Positions 43,787 through 55,361 of a stretch of 64,000 nucleotides of DNA are shown in pieces. Each line of letters begins with the position of its first letter. Positions within the stretch are counted from its first letter, which is position 1. The position numbers and the translations under genes were made by a program. Location of the stretch: contig NIVC01000734.1 in the NCBI GenBank assembly GCA_002269645.1, positions 62,001-126,000 of the forward strand, read 5' to 3'. Source of the DNA: Macrostomum lignano. Lineage: Eukaryota. The notes beneath the pieces are model-generated. The model did no database searches and was not told the origin of the DNA. It saw only the letters and a program-made list of their open reading frames with translations.

Positions 43787-46700
43787 TGCCTCAAGGGTCT
43801 AAAAATTAAGTAACTTAATATTTGATGTAACTTTTTTATAAATATGTTACTGCTAAAATGAACAATATGATATAAGTGTAACATTTCTGTTTTTTAATAT
43901 ACTTTCTTATTTCAAAAGTTTTATTTCTTTTACATTTTAATTTGGTTAGGTTTTTTGATTTTTTATATTTGGAGACATTTAGAAATATTTAGAAAATAAT
44001 TTTTTTTAAATCTAAAGCATAATTTGTATTTTGAAAAAAACTGGGACATTTTTTTACATTTGGATTTTGAATCTGAAGATTTAGACCTATCACTAGTAAA
44101 AAGCTAAAGTTATTTCCCATTTATAAACTTCTGTGGAAAGGAGAAACTAAGGCTACAGATAATTTTTTTGGCCAAAACATAGCCAAAGCTTTAGCCTTTG
44201 GCCATAGACTCAAATAAATTAGGAATATGTTTATTCTTTACTTGGCTGTTAATACTATCTATGATTAAAAAACAATAAAGAACATCATATATTAATAGTG
44301 AAGCAGAGAGCTACTCAGCCATATTTCTATTTGGTTATACCTATTCATTAGCCATAGACAACATAAAAAATTGGTTTGATCTTGATATCAATTTTGTCTC
44401 AATAGATACTATAGAGCTTGAGAAGGCTTTGGGTTTAGCAATGAAATTTGTTCTACTAAACTAAATATGGCTCATATTGCAAGTGTAATATATGCAAGAA
44501 AATTCTGGTATACAAATGCTTTAGATAGTGTACATATGGCATACAAGGAGGAAATACAACTTTATAGCATAATCATTGGCTTACAACTTTTAATTATACA
44601 TGCTCAAGTTTGTGGCACAGTGTACAAAAGTGTTGAAGTATGTCATAGTTGCATAAATTATGCTAAACAATCTTTGCTATAATAAAGTTAATTTTAAACT
44701 TATGACAATAAATTGATTTTTTAAATAATATACTTTAAGTTGCTAGTTACTAGTAAGTAATATACCTAAAACAATAATATACATAACTATTTTGTTTTAC
44801 TAATTGTTTCCATTTTTAAATAATATAGGTTTCATTTTTGTAGCAATTTAGTGATGGATTGAAATTATTTTTGTATCAAAATTGAAATTGAAATTTTTGA
44901 GCTCAACAAATTTCTATATTTTTGCTAATCAAGCAAAAAAAGTTTTATACTTGCATCTACATGTATGACAGTATGAGCTTACAAGTTTTTAAAAATATCT
45001 TTAGTATTTGAGTCAGAATACTTAAAATTATAAAATAGAAAATGCTAATGTATTATATATTATACATTTGTACTTAGAATAAAAGGCATATTATTCTTTA
45101 TCACTATTTAATCTAGAGATCTAGATATATCAATTTCATTAAGGCTTTAAAAGTCTTTATCCAATTAATATCTATGCTGATAAGTTCAACTAATGAGCTC
45201 CCATAGAGGTTGAGGTGGTTGCAGCACAAAGCCTGGAACAATGTGTGCCCCGCACAATCTTTTCTTATAAAAAAGGTGATTCTTGCCTTCCCTGCTGAGT
45301 CTTTGAACCATGCTTCCTTTCGCTTCCTATATATTATCTTACTTATATAGCATGATCATGAATGTCTAATTGTTAAAATATAACCAAAATTTTGAAATGA
45401 TTTTCAATGAATAGTGTCAAAATTCAAAATTAAAACTGAAAATTTTTCAATGCAAAATTGGGTTTGAAATTTGGAATATTGAAATTGAGATCAAATTTCA
45501 ATCTATCATTATAACAATTATTTGCCGTGTATCTATTGCTTGTTGCATTGGTTATGTGCTTTTAATTATATAATTTTCAATAGAATACAATTTATTAAAA
45601 CATTTCATTAGTGTCATTTACTAGTATACACTTTACTAGATAGCCAAATACTTTCTGGCAAATGTGTGACACAATCTGCAATATCGAATATAGTATCTAT
45701 AAATGATTAAGACACCTTTATGATGCAATTGATGCAGTGACTCTAATAACAACAAAGAAATGCAAAAATCACTTTTTGTATGCTTATATGGCAACATGTA
45801 TGGTTGATGGTCATTTTGTCTATTGCCAGTTTGTCTACCATTCTTTTGTTTGCAAAAATACGCTGTAGTCTTTTTGTCTGCCACAAAATATTAAGACTAA
45901 GTACAACACTACCAGTACATATAATATTGAAAATAAATATCTGTATATCTTTAAAAAATACTTATAATAAAGTTAACAAATTCATTACATTAGAAGCACA
46001 AATGTATGATCTAAAAAATATTTTCCTAAGGGACCCATAGTATAGGCCTACACATACACTAGGCTAAACTTTTTGTTTGTTATATGAATTTTGTCAGCTA
46101 TATATATAATTGTTCATAATGAAAATGTATTATCATTGGATGGTGTCATAACAATGCCTTTAACAGGCGGCAAACTCTGTCTTGGCCTTTAATAATTTGT
46201 ATTGATCCATATATCTTAGAAATTTCTAGTATACATGCCTTCTTTTAACTATAATATGGCATATATATTTTCTTTATTCAAAAAACTTGATTTTATTTGA
46301 ATATTCTGAATATTGCTTTTGTCATAATATAAGCTATATAATAAAATTAGGTTATCATATTTAAAAGCAAAGCCACTAAGCATAATTAACATTAAAAAAG
46401 AATTATAAAACCTTTTTTAATATAGGTATTTGTTAAAACTTTGTCTTTTTATTAGAGTTTTTGATAGTGCTGATTCAAATTCAAGCTTAGTTTTATGTAG
46501 TTTAAACCCAACTATAGGTAGCTTAAAGCAAACCATAGTGACATTGGAATTAATGGGTTTTCAGATGGCTAGGATAGAATCTTTGCTTGGTAATTTTAGA
46601 ATGAAAGATTGTGACAAGTTTTTTTATATTAAACCATGCAAGTTTTTTTTGCATTTGAATTTTCAAATAACTTCTTTAGGATTTTTCTGACTAAATTGCA

Positions 46701-47939
46701 ATCCTATTAAATTTCGAAACTGCAACTAATTTATCAACATGGCATAAGCTTGAACTTGATTGAAGTCCAAAAATAACTAAAAGTAAAACCACTCATTTTT
46801 CCTAAAAATACTTACTCTTGTGTTGCTTGATTTGATGCCATAGTTGCTGGTAAAATTTTGAAATAAACAATTTAAATTTCGATGACACTATAATTTACAA
46901 ACAAAGATACAAATTTTCAAGAAACAAATGGAAAACTAGGTACTGCAAATTAGCGTGTGGGTGCCGATTGCGAAAAATTCTTTTTTTAGAAATAAGCTCA
47001 GTTGTCAGAATAACAAAGTGACTAATATAACTAGGAGTTATTAGTGAAGCACCATAAAGATGAAAGTGGTAATATTAAAAAAAATCATAACGATAACACT
47101 GCTTGACCTACATTTCATGACACTGAAAAGATTAGCGTTATACTTTTATCACGCCAAAACTGCACCAAACGTAAATTTACGTATTAAACTTTCGCCGACA
47201 CTTATTCAGACACTTCTACAGACACTTTAGTTTCTGTCGTACGAATCGTAGGAACAAGCATTAAATTTGTTTATTCCTAACAAACTATCAGTAAATACTT
47301 TATTTTAAGTTTTTTTGCTTCATTTTATTAAATATAAATCATGAAATTTGTTATTCTGCATAGATTCTCTTCACGTGAAGAAGAATGTTAAATTTGTCCA
47401 GGACACTTCCTAATTCATATTTAATAAAATAAAGCAAAAAAAGCTTAAAATAAAGCATTGTATTTTATCATACGGTATTTTATTATTTCGCACACATACC
47501 GTACTACTTGTAATCCTTCATTCATTTTAACAATATTCTATACGTAATAATCCTACGCTTATGTTACTTTTGTACATGATTATAGTTATTTTTCGCCTCG
47601 TGTATTTTCACGTGCATGCATATTAGTATTTCATGCGTGTCATGTTACTTCGTAGAGTAGTTTCTATCTATGTACATGTATTTACTTTGCAATATTCTAG
47701 AACGATATTTTATCGATTCGTTTATTGTACATTGCACCTGGGGGTTTCTTATTCAAGGCTTTCTCTTGTTTTTGGGATTAGTCGATTTCAATCTCAAAAT
47801 CTCAAATTCTTGCCATTAAAGATATTTTGTGAGGGCGATTGCCTACTTATCAGTTGGTTTCCAAGACACTTCCTTTGCAATCTAGCCTTCTTTGATAGTG
47901 GCCAATTTGCTGGACGGCTTCCCCATTAGCTTCATTTAT

Positions 47940-48420
47940 CTTAACTTAAGCTCCCACCATCCCAACCACAACATGCATGTAGTGCCAAAAATTCTGTTTG
48001 AGTCCCTTACTTCAGGGACGTAATTAGAGCTACCTTTTACATGAAAGTGAAAACATGTCCTAACTTTAGCCCCCCTCTATTTCAACACCAAAGTGTCTTT
48101 GTTGCTTGAGTCCCCGATTCTAGGGACTTAAGAGCTTCCTCAAATTCATCTCAAATTTAGCCCCACGATCCCAACCCCAGAGACTTAAGAGCTCCCCTTT
48201 AAAGTGATTCATCTTAACTTTAGTCCCACCACCCAACCCCAATCTCCACGTGGTGTCAAAACTTGTTTAAGTTCCAAACCCCCAGGGACTTAAGAGCTCC
48301 AGCCCCTGCATTGAAAAGTGAAAACATTCATCCAAACATTAGCCCCCACCACCCAGCCACAACGTGCTCTCTGTTGCTTAAGTCTCCAAATTCTTGCATG
48401 GACTTCACTTACGAGCTCTT
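47940..48420. repeat. Degenerate tandem repeat of about 100-120 bp (CTTAACTT..GCCCC..CCCAACC..GGACTTAAGAGCTCC)
   Basis: Motifs recur 4-5 times. Confidence 0.55.
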
Positions 48421-48832
48421 TAAAAGTGAGTAGTTGCTCAAACTCGGCGAGATTCTAAATTCAGTATGAATATAAAATGAGTGCGTCCTCCTGAGCAAGT
48501 GCTCAAAATCAATTTCCCAAGAGTTTGTGCTCTTTCGTGAGCAAATGGTAGATTTATCTCTAGGTTTCGAGTGTTGTCGAAGTGCTAACGCGCACTCGTG
48601 CCAAGACTATTTACGCACGAAGGAACCTAGTGATAGATTCATTGACTTATGGGCAAAGCATTCTTCTGGTTTTAGCCATAGACATAGATAGATTGGAATT
48701 TACCGCACGCATGGACTATAAGAGGGATAAGTGAAATTTAGGTTTGGCCAGAAAGTAGAGACGAGAGAAGAAATACAACCGAAAATGTCTGGAATCATTA
48801 GACTAATTGACTACTCTTAATTTCCGAGTGAA

Positions 48833-49180
48833 ATGATTTCGGGTCTTACGTCTACGGAGATTGATCAGGCTTTGGCCTGGCAGGAAGTGATGGCACTGGT
48901 TGACGAGCAACTGGGTGTCGCTGACGATTTTACCGAAGATCTCGACGAGGTGAGCAACAAACTCTTCGAATTGTTACCGGAGATCGATGGACCTGGCCAG
49001 GAAGAATCTGCACTGACGCAGTTGGACGTAGATTTGCAGGAACTTGAGAAGATCAACTGTGTTGAAGGGACAAAGCGACAAGAAGTTCTCTACTTGGGCC
49101 TCTTTCGGAAGTTTGTATCTGCATATCCAGCCATGAAGTTCGATGCTCCGCATTTGAGAAATTTCTTTAATTCATATTAA
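48833..49180 (+). pseudogene. 115-aa ORF, possibly a Crypton-like N-terminal remnant
   Basis: Acidic N-terminus followed by ELEKINCVEGTKRQEVLYLGLFRKF..LRNFF, weakly like the NT.k.T...lF..w motif; ends next to the foldback insertion. Confidence 0.3.
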
Positions 49181-49187
49181 GAATTAT

Positions 49188-50812
49188 GGGTCTACGACGT
49201 TTGCCTGCGGGACGTTTGCCAGCCGACGTTTGCCTGCGGGACGTTTGCCAGCCGACATTTGCCAGCCGACGTTTGCCAGCCGACGTTTGCCAGCGGGACG
49301 TTTGCCAGCCGAAGTTTGCCTGCCGGACGTTTGCCTGCGGGACGTTTGCCAGCCGACGTTTGCCAGCCGACGTTTGCCAGCCGACATTTGCCAGCCGACG
49401 TTTGCCAGCGGGACGTTTGCCAGTCGGACGTTTGCCAGCCGACGTTTGCCAGCCGACGTTTGCCTGCCGGACGTTTGCCAGCCGACGTTTGCCAGCCGAC
49501 GTTTGCCTGCCGGAAGTTTGCCAGCCAAAATTTGCTAGCCAATATAAAGCCAGTCAGTGAAAAATTTGATACTGAAACATTCGCAGTTTAGCGGTTTGAC
49601 AAAAACCGTTTTTACTCCAACTTTTTGACGGTTATTCGCATATATACAAGTTTGAAAGCAAAATCTATAAATTATGCAATTTATGCAAAATCTATATAAA
49701 TTATGCAATTTATATAGATTTACATCTAATATCCAGTTTAACAACGATTTTCTTTGAATGTGAAAATATTGTTTACTTTAGACAATTGTGTATCGTTTTT
49801 CTCAGTTTGAGATGCTTGATTTTTGATGTGCGAAAGAAGACGCGCAGATTACAACGGGAATCTCCAGCGATTAAGTTATGAGGCAAACAAAAAGAGCTGC
49901 TGAGCGGTAATTCTGGCTAATCTATTTCTCAGTTCATTGGGAGATCCAAAAGTAAGCAAATTGATTCCAATTCTGTTGTATTACTACTCAAGTAAGCCAG
50001 GAAACCGCGATCTCAACGTACATGTGTAGACGAGTCTAATGCGGTACGTTTTTATAGTAAGCTATATAGCTGAATAGCCAGACAAGCCGCCAGTAGCAAG
50101 CTAGTAGAATAGCAAGCGCTAGACACTACGTAGGCAAAGCTTAGTCACGCCAAGGACTACTAAAGTAGAAGTACGCAGCACTCGAAATCTATGAAAAATG
50201 TTTTGAAGGCCATAGGGAGATAGGAAGTTTTCATCTTTTCAGCACAACAATTGTTATTGCTTTCATACGAGGCAAACCCAATGTTCATCTTTTGATATGT
50301 TGTGTCAAAATCGTTGTTAAACTAGATATTAGACGTTAGACTGATGAATTGCATAATTTATATATTTTGCTTTCAAACTTGTGTACATGCGAATAACCGT
50401 CAGAAAGTTGGAGTAAAAACGGTTTTTGTCAAACCGCTAAACTGCGAATATTTCAGTATCAAATTTTTCACTGACTGGCTTTATATTGGCTAGCAAATTT
50501 TGGCTGGCAAACTTCCGGCAGGCAAACGTCGGCTGGCAAACGTCCGGCAGGCAAACGTCCGGCAGGCAAACTTCGGCTGGCAAACGTCCCGCTGGCAAAC
50601 GTCGGCTGGCAAACGTCGGCTGGCAAATGTCGGCTGGCAAACGTCCCGCAGGCAAACGTCGGCTGGCAAACGTCCGGCAGGCAAACTTCGGCTGGCAAAC
50701 GTCCCACTGGCAAACGTCGGTTGGCAAACGTCGGCTGGCAAATGTCGGCTGGCAAACGTCCCGCAGGCAAACGTCGGCTGGCAAACGTCCCGCAGGCAAA
50801 CGTCGCTATCCC
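49188..50812. mobile_element. Foldback-type DNA transposon (MULE/hAT/P-like, non-autonomous)
   Basis: GGG...CCC termini; 8-bp TSD AGAATTAT (49180-49187, 50813-50820). TIRs of about 510-560 bp (49188-49751 / 50307-50812), each starting with a 14-15-bp GACGTTTGCCAGCC tandem array. Confidence 0.85.
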
Positions 50813-50849
50813 AGAATTATGAATCCAGATCAGAATCCAATCCAGATCA

Positions 50850-53800
50850 GCTCTGGCACAATATCAGAGTTTGAGGTGAAACTCGCCAGTTATTGCTCAC
50901 TTTATTCATATATGGCCAAGTGAAATACTTTTAAATGTGGGTTTCGGCTCTCTGTCGAATCTGCGTCCGAATGCTCTAAGTTGAGGCAATAAGCGGCAAG
51001 TCCGACTCAGTGTTTTCCTGCGGTGTTATACCCTCTCTTATGATGTTACTCGTATATTTCAATCTAAGCCACTGATGACGATTCGCTGTATCGTCTATCG
51101 TTTTGATCTATTATATTAACTGATCGTTTTTCGTCGCTACTAAAAATATAATAAACTTGGCCAACTAAGCAAGAAAAAATATATCAGTTTAATTGCATAT
51201 TGGACTGTGCTACTACTTGCATTTTTCTGTTCTCTGTTTGGTCTTGTTCTGCCAAGGACTGCTACGCTGCGCCAGATTAAATTCGTCTCATTTAAATAAA
51301 GGTCTCACCGAGACACTGAATTAATTACGTTAACAATCCCAACAGGTTTATTACTGCATCTGGATTCTGCACTTCAAGGGCTACATCTACTCTACATTCT
51401 ACAATATTGGTTTGGCTATTATCGGAATTGACAACTGTTTAATTTGTCTTCTTCAACTGATTCTGCGATTGCATCTGTTCTACAGCTTGACATCAGGTCT
51501 ACACTAGGTCTAAAACTTGGCATAAGATCAATCAAATCTATTTCCAGGTAAGCCCCTTTTTGCCTGCTGCTAGGGACCGTCTGGCAGATTAGCCTTGCTT
51601 GTGGGTTGCATGCTTGTTCTAGAATTAGGATTTAGGCTATTTTTTTGGTTTTATTAATTTCTCTGCCAGAAATTTCTTTTTTTGTATTTGTGTGTGCTTT
51701 TCTATCTGCTTTCTTCATTTTCCTCTGCATCACTCTCTGTCTTGAGCATTATGTCAACTGAGGCTGGGGAGGAGGCTCTTGGTGCAGCTGATGATAGGGC
51801 TACACCAGCTCCAGGAGAAGTGAAATCTGGCGAATCAATGTCGGATTCACATGATTCACATGTGGGCCTAAATACAGATGAATCATCACATTCAACAAAC
51901 CTTTTACTTGCAAACACACTAGCTTCTCTGCACCGCATGCTAGAGGACCACTAAGTAGTAAAGGAGCAGCAAGGTCAACTGGATAGTGTCCAACATTGTG
52001 TTGCTCCTATGGCTAGTATGGTTCGGTTGTGGCCACCACCACCTTATTCAGCCAATATGAAGTTTGATGTTTGGGAAGCACAATTTTTGGCATACTAATT
52101 ATCTGCCCATCAGGTACCTCCCGAACAACAGTCAGCGATCTTACTTTCCCTCTTGTCGCCAGTGTCAAGAATGACCGTCTAGTATCTTATTCTCACTCAG
52201 CAGGCATGTCAGTAAACCAGGCTGAGCCGCTGCTAAAAGCCAGGTTCTGTCATGGGCTGCGAAACAAGGCATTGGCCGAGAGACTGATTCTGTGGAGTCA
52301 AGAAACACTTGGAGTCTCCTCAGCTGATCTAGTCCAAAAAGCTAAAGGTATGGTGGGGGTGCAGGAGTTGTTGCATCCATTTCCAGCACCAACAGCAGGT
52401 GCAACTGCTAACTTCCGATCAGTTGACCCAGTTAAGGATGCTTTAGAGGCCAGGGTAGCTGAACTTGAAAACATATTGCATCAACAGCAGCAGGTCAGGA
52501 GTCACCAACATGATAACCCACCGCCGACATTCCCAGCGGCCCTGACTTCAACCGCTGTAGGAATTGGTAATCCAGCTTTTGTCAGGCAGGTGAGCCAGCA
52601 ATCTAACCCTATGCAAAGCCAAAACCCCCATCTGCAAAGCCAAGAGCGTGCCACCGCTGCGGGAACACTGATCACCTGGTCGCTGACTGCCCATGTCCGC
52701 CAGCGAATCAGAACAGTGCCAGGGGGCCAAAAGTGGGCCAACATTCTATTAGTACCACATCAGAATTTGGGAGAATTGTTTCTTGGAATCAGAAATACGG
52801 GTTTATCCAGTTAGAACAACTACCAGAGAAGCTGTTTGTTCATCATAGCCAACTTTCGGGCTTGCTGCACCAACTTTCAGAGCACCGCCAGATCATTGGC
52901 ACTAGGGTGCAGTTCCAAAGTCAGGTTGCTTCAGGTCGTGAACATGACCAGGCCTGTTCTGTCACGCAGTGTCAGGATACTTCACAAGTGCAGTGTGGTC
53001 AGGTAAATCCAGTTGAGGACCAATCTTTCGAGTCTAGTTACTTTGTTCAGTTGGTAATCGGGGAGAGCCAACGCGAGTGTTATAAGCCAGCAGGTGATGG
53101 AGCGCCTTGTCTCTGCGAATCCAATTAATAATATCTTCACTTCAAGCCGAAAACATACTACTGCCGCAGCATTCAATGGCTCAACAACTCAGATACTGGG
53201 AGCGCTGAGGTGTGAAGTAACACTAGGGAAGCTAAGCAAGACTCATGTCTTCCTTGTCACCCAAGAGTCGACTGCAGAGGATCTGCTCGAAATCGACTTC
53301 CTTCGAAGTTTCCAGGTTGTGATTGACTTCACCGAAGGCAGAGCCCTTGTTGCAGGTGAAGCTGTCCCACTAGTTGAAGGGGACAAGGGTATCTTCCGTC
53401 TCCGCCGTGTGGTAGCTGGGTGCACCACAGAATTACCACCACAATCCGAAACTTTAGTACCAAGTTGGGTTTTAGACAATGCTCCAAATTTTCAAGGAAT
53501 CATTCAATGCAAAATCTTCAACACCGACACCGAGTGCCTAGTAGCCCGCTCTGTCAACATGTCAAACCAGTCAAACCATGTGCTGGTCCGATTACTTAAC
53601 AGTAGTGACCGGCTAACCAAGATTGAGCGAGGACAGGAAAAAGTATCGTTCCAGGAACTAGGTCAAGACACGGTAGTAGTACAAACAACACTCAATGAAC
53701 AAGACTTCTCTATTGACAACGTTGACAATTTAAATAGCAAGATAGCTAAACTACTACATCCAGATCGGGGTACTACAGCATGGTTAACAAAAAAATTTTC

Positions 53801-54275
53801 GCTTAGACCAGGCAAAACTCACAACAAAGCAGCTGGGTCAAACTCTCCGGTTATTGAATTATTTTATGGGACAAATCTCAGAGCGGAACTGATCTGGGGC
53901 GAACTCGTCTTTACGAGATGCCTATTGAGCTCTCCTATGACCGGGTTAGTGAGACTCCATCGAGTTCGAGATCGTCGGTGACTGTGCCGTCAGATGCTCT
54001 ACCCCAATTGCCCATCGACGGTGAAGCCGCTCCAGTTGCCGTCCAGGAGGAAGAGGAGGCGGGGTCGGCAAGCGCTCAGACTGGTGAGGAACCAGATGGT
54101 GAGGAAAGTCTTGGCGCTGGTACGGAACCAGATACTACCGAATCGCCGATGGCCGAAACCCCCCCCCCCGAATCCTGTCACGTCGCATGATCAGGCGGAT
54201 AGTGAGTCAGCGGCGTCTCCAGAACCTGAGAACCAGGTCTGGGAGGGTGGTGCGCCAACCGAGTCGGTTCAGGGT
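50850..54275 (+). mobile_element. Degenerate, internally deleted Ty3/Gypsy-like retroelement (left arm of palindrome)
   Basis: Gag-like helical region (LLKARFCHGLRNKALAERL); CCHC knuckle CHRCGNTDHLVADC (52649-52690); cold-shock domain (52769-52963); aspartic protease lacking its DxG motif (..EDLLEIDFL); PR-RT spacer; integrase-end-like SPVIELFYGTNLR; terminal RSGRVVRQPSRF (54226-54270). RT, RNase H and integrase core are missing. Confidence 0.75.
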
Positions 54276-54478
54276 GTTCCTGTGCAGCTTATTTAGAAAT
54301 TCACCAGAGACCGTTTTTGCTCTTCCACTGCCGGCAAGAGCCCAAATCGACCTGCAAAGATTTGCCAATGTTATACCAAATAATTTTGAAATCCCAAATA
54401 CTAAAAATAGTGCTTACCTGCTTTGTGCTCTAAAGTTAGCACTAAAAAAATAAATTTTAGAATTTTTTTACTAGACAA

Positions 54479-55361
54479 ATGTCGAAATTACCCACTTATC
54501 GAAAATCGGCGGGCTCAACTGAGCCACCTAGCAAGCGCGCAAGCAATCGTCAGTCCTCGGACTGGACTACTAAAAGTAGTGCTGCTGGCGGATCCTCTAC
54601 GGCCATATCCAATGGTAGAGGCACAACAAGCCGTACGTCAGTGCCCCCGGCCCAAAGACGGCGCTCGTCCGCTGGTCCATCCAGCAAAACAACGCCACCC
54701 ATTGCACCATGCACATTAACACCAGGGTCGGACCACTCGTCGGCACCGAACTCTCCTGTGCTCACCAATCCAGCCGATAGCGTACAACCGGAGGTTATTG
54801 AAATTCCGGCTGACTCTGACTCTAGAGGTACCAACACGGTCCTTGAGGAGCCGGACCAGGTCACTGAGGACCCAGGCGCTGCAGAATCGGACGCTTCCAA
54901 CAGTAACGACGCTGCTGATGATGTCGATGCGGACTCAGTGAGGTACCTCCAGAGCCCCATCGGCTTCCCTGTGCACCCGGACCGAACCGGGGAAAATATC
55001 CAGCGCTACGGCGACGTACTTGAGTACTATCCGAAGCTACTTGAATCTGTATCCAAACAGCTCTATGACCGCCTAATAGCTGACCTATTGCCAAAGGCCG
55101 TCAGGCATCGGCCGCATGAGCAACGTAGGGTGGTATGGTACGGCCCCAGCTACTCGTACTCGGGCGTACCATTAGAGCCCAACCAAAAGTGGCACCCGGC
55201 TGTCGAGGACCTGCGAGATTTCCTGGAGATCAACGCGGACCTCGGCATGCCAAAGTTTAATTCGTGCCTTATAAATTTCTACGAATCAGCGGATGATAAT
55301 ATCCCGTACCACGCCGACAATGAGCCCGAGCTTGGCACCGATCCGTACATCGCCACAGTGT
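54479..55361 (+). CDS. AlkB-family (ALKBH2/3-like) 2OG-Fe(II) dioxygenase, C-terminally truncated, with long low-complexity N-terminus
   Basis: RRVVWYG.SYSYSG, FNSCLINFY and HADNE (HxD at 55310-55318), then IATVS; truncated by the right palindrome arm before the distal His and Arg motifs. Confidence 0.8.

Noticed and set aside
43790-47900. Short AT-rich ORFs and a small imperfect inverted repeat (about 47298-47457)
   Set aside because: Low-complexity AT-rich DNA with no domain similarity or defined termini I could support.
51072-51110. Hammerhead ribozyme (CTGATGA) in the Gypsy 5' region
   Set aside because: No GAAA after a stem II and no closing stems found.
50850-51550. Canonical LTR and primer-binding site for the Gypsy-like arms
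   Set aside because: An AATAAA...TTAACA end is suggestive, but no TGG-starting PBS, no clear TG start and no direct-repeat 3' LTR are present.
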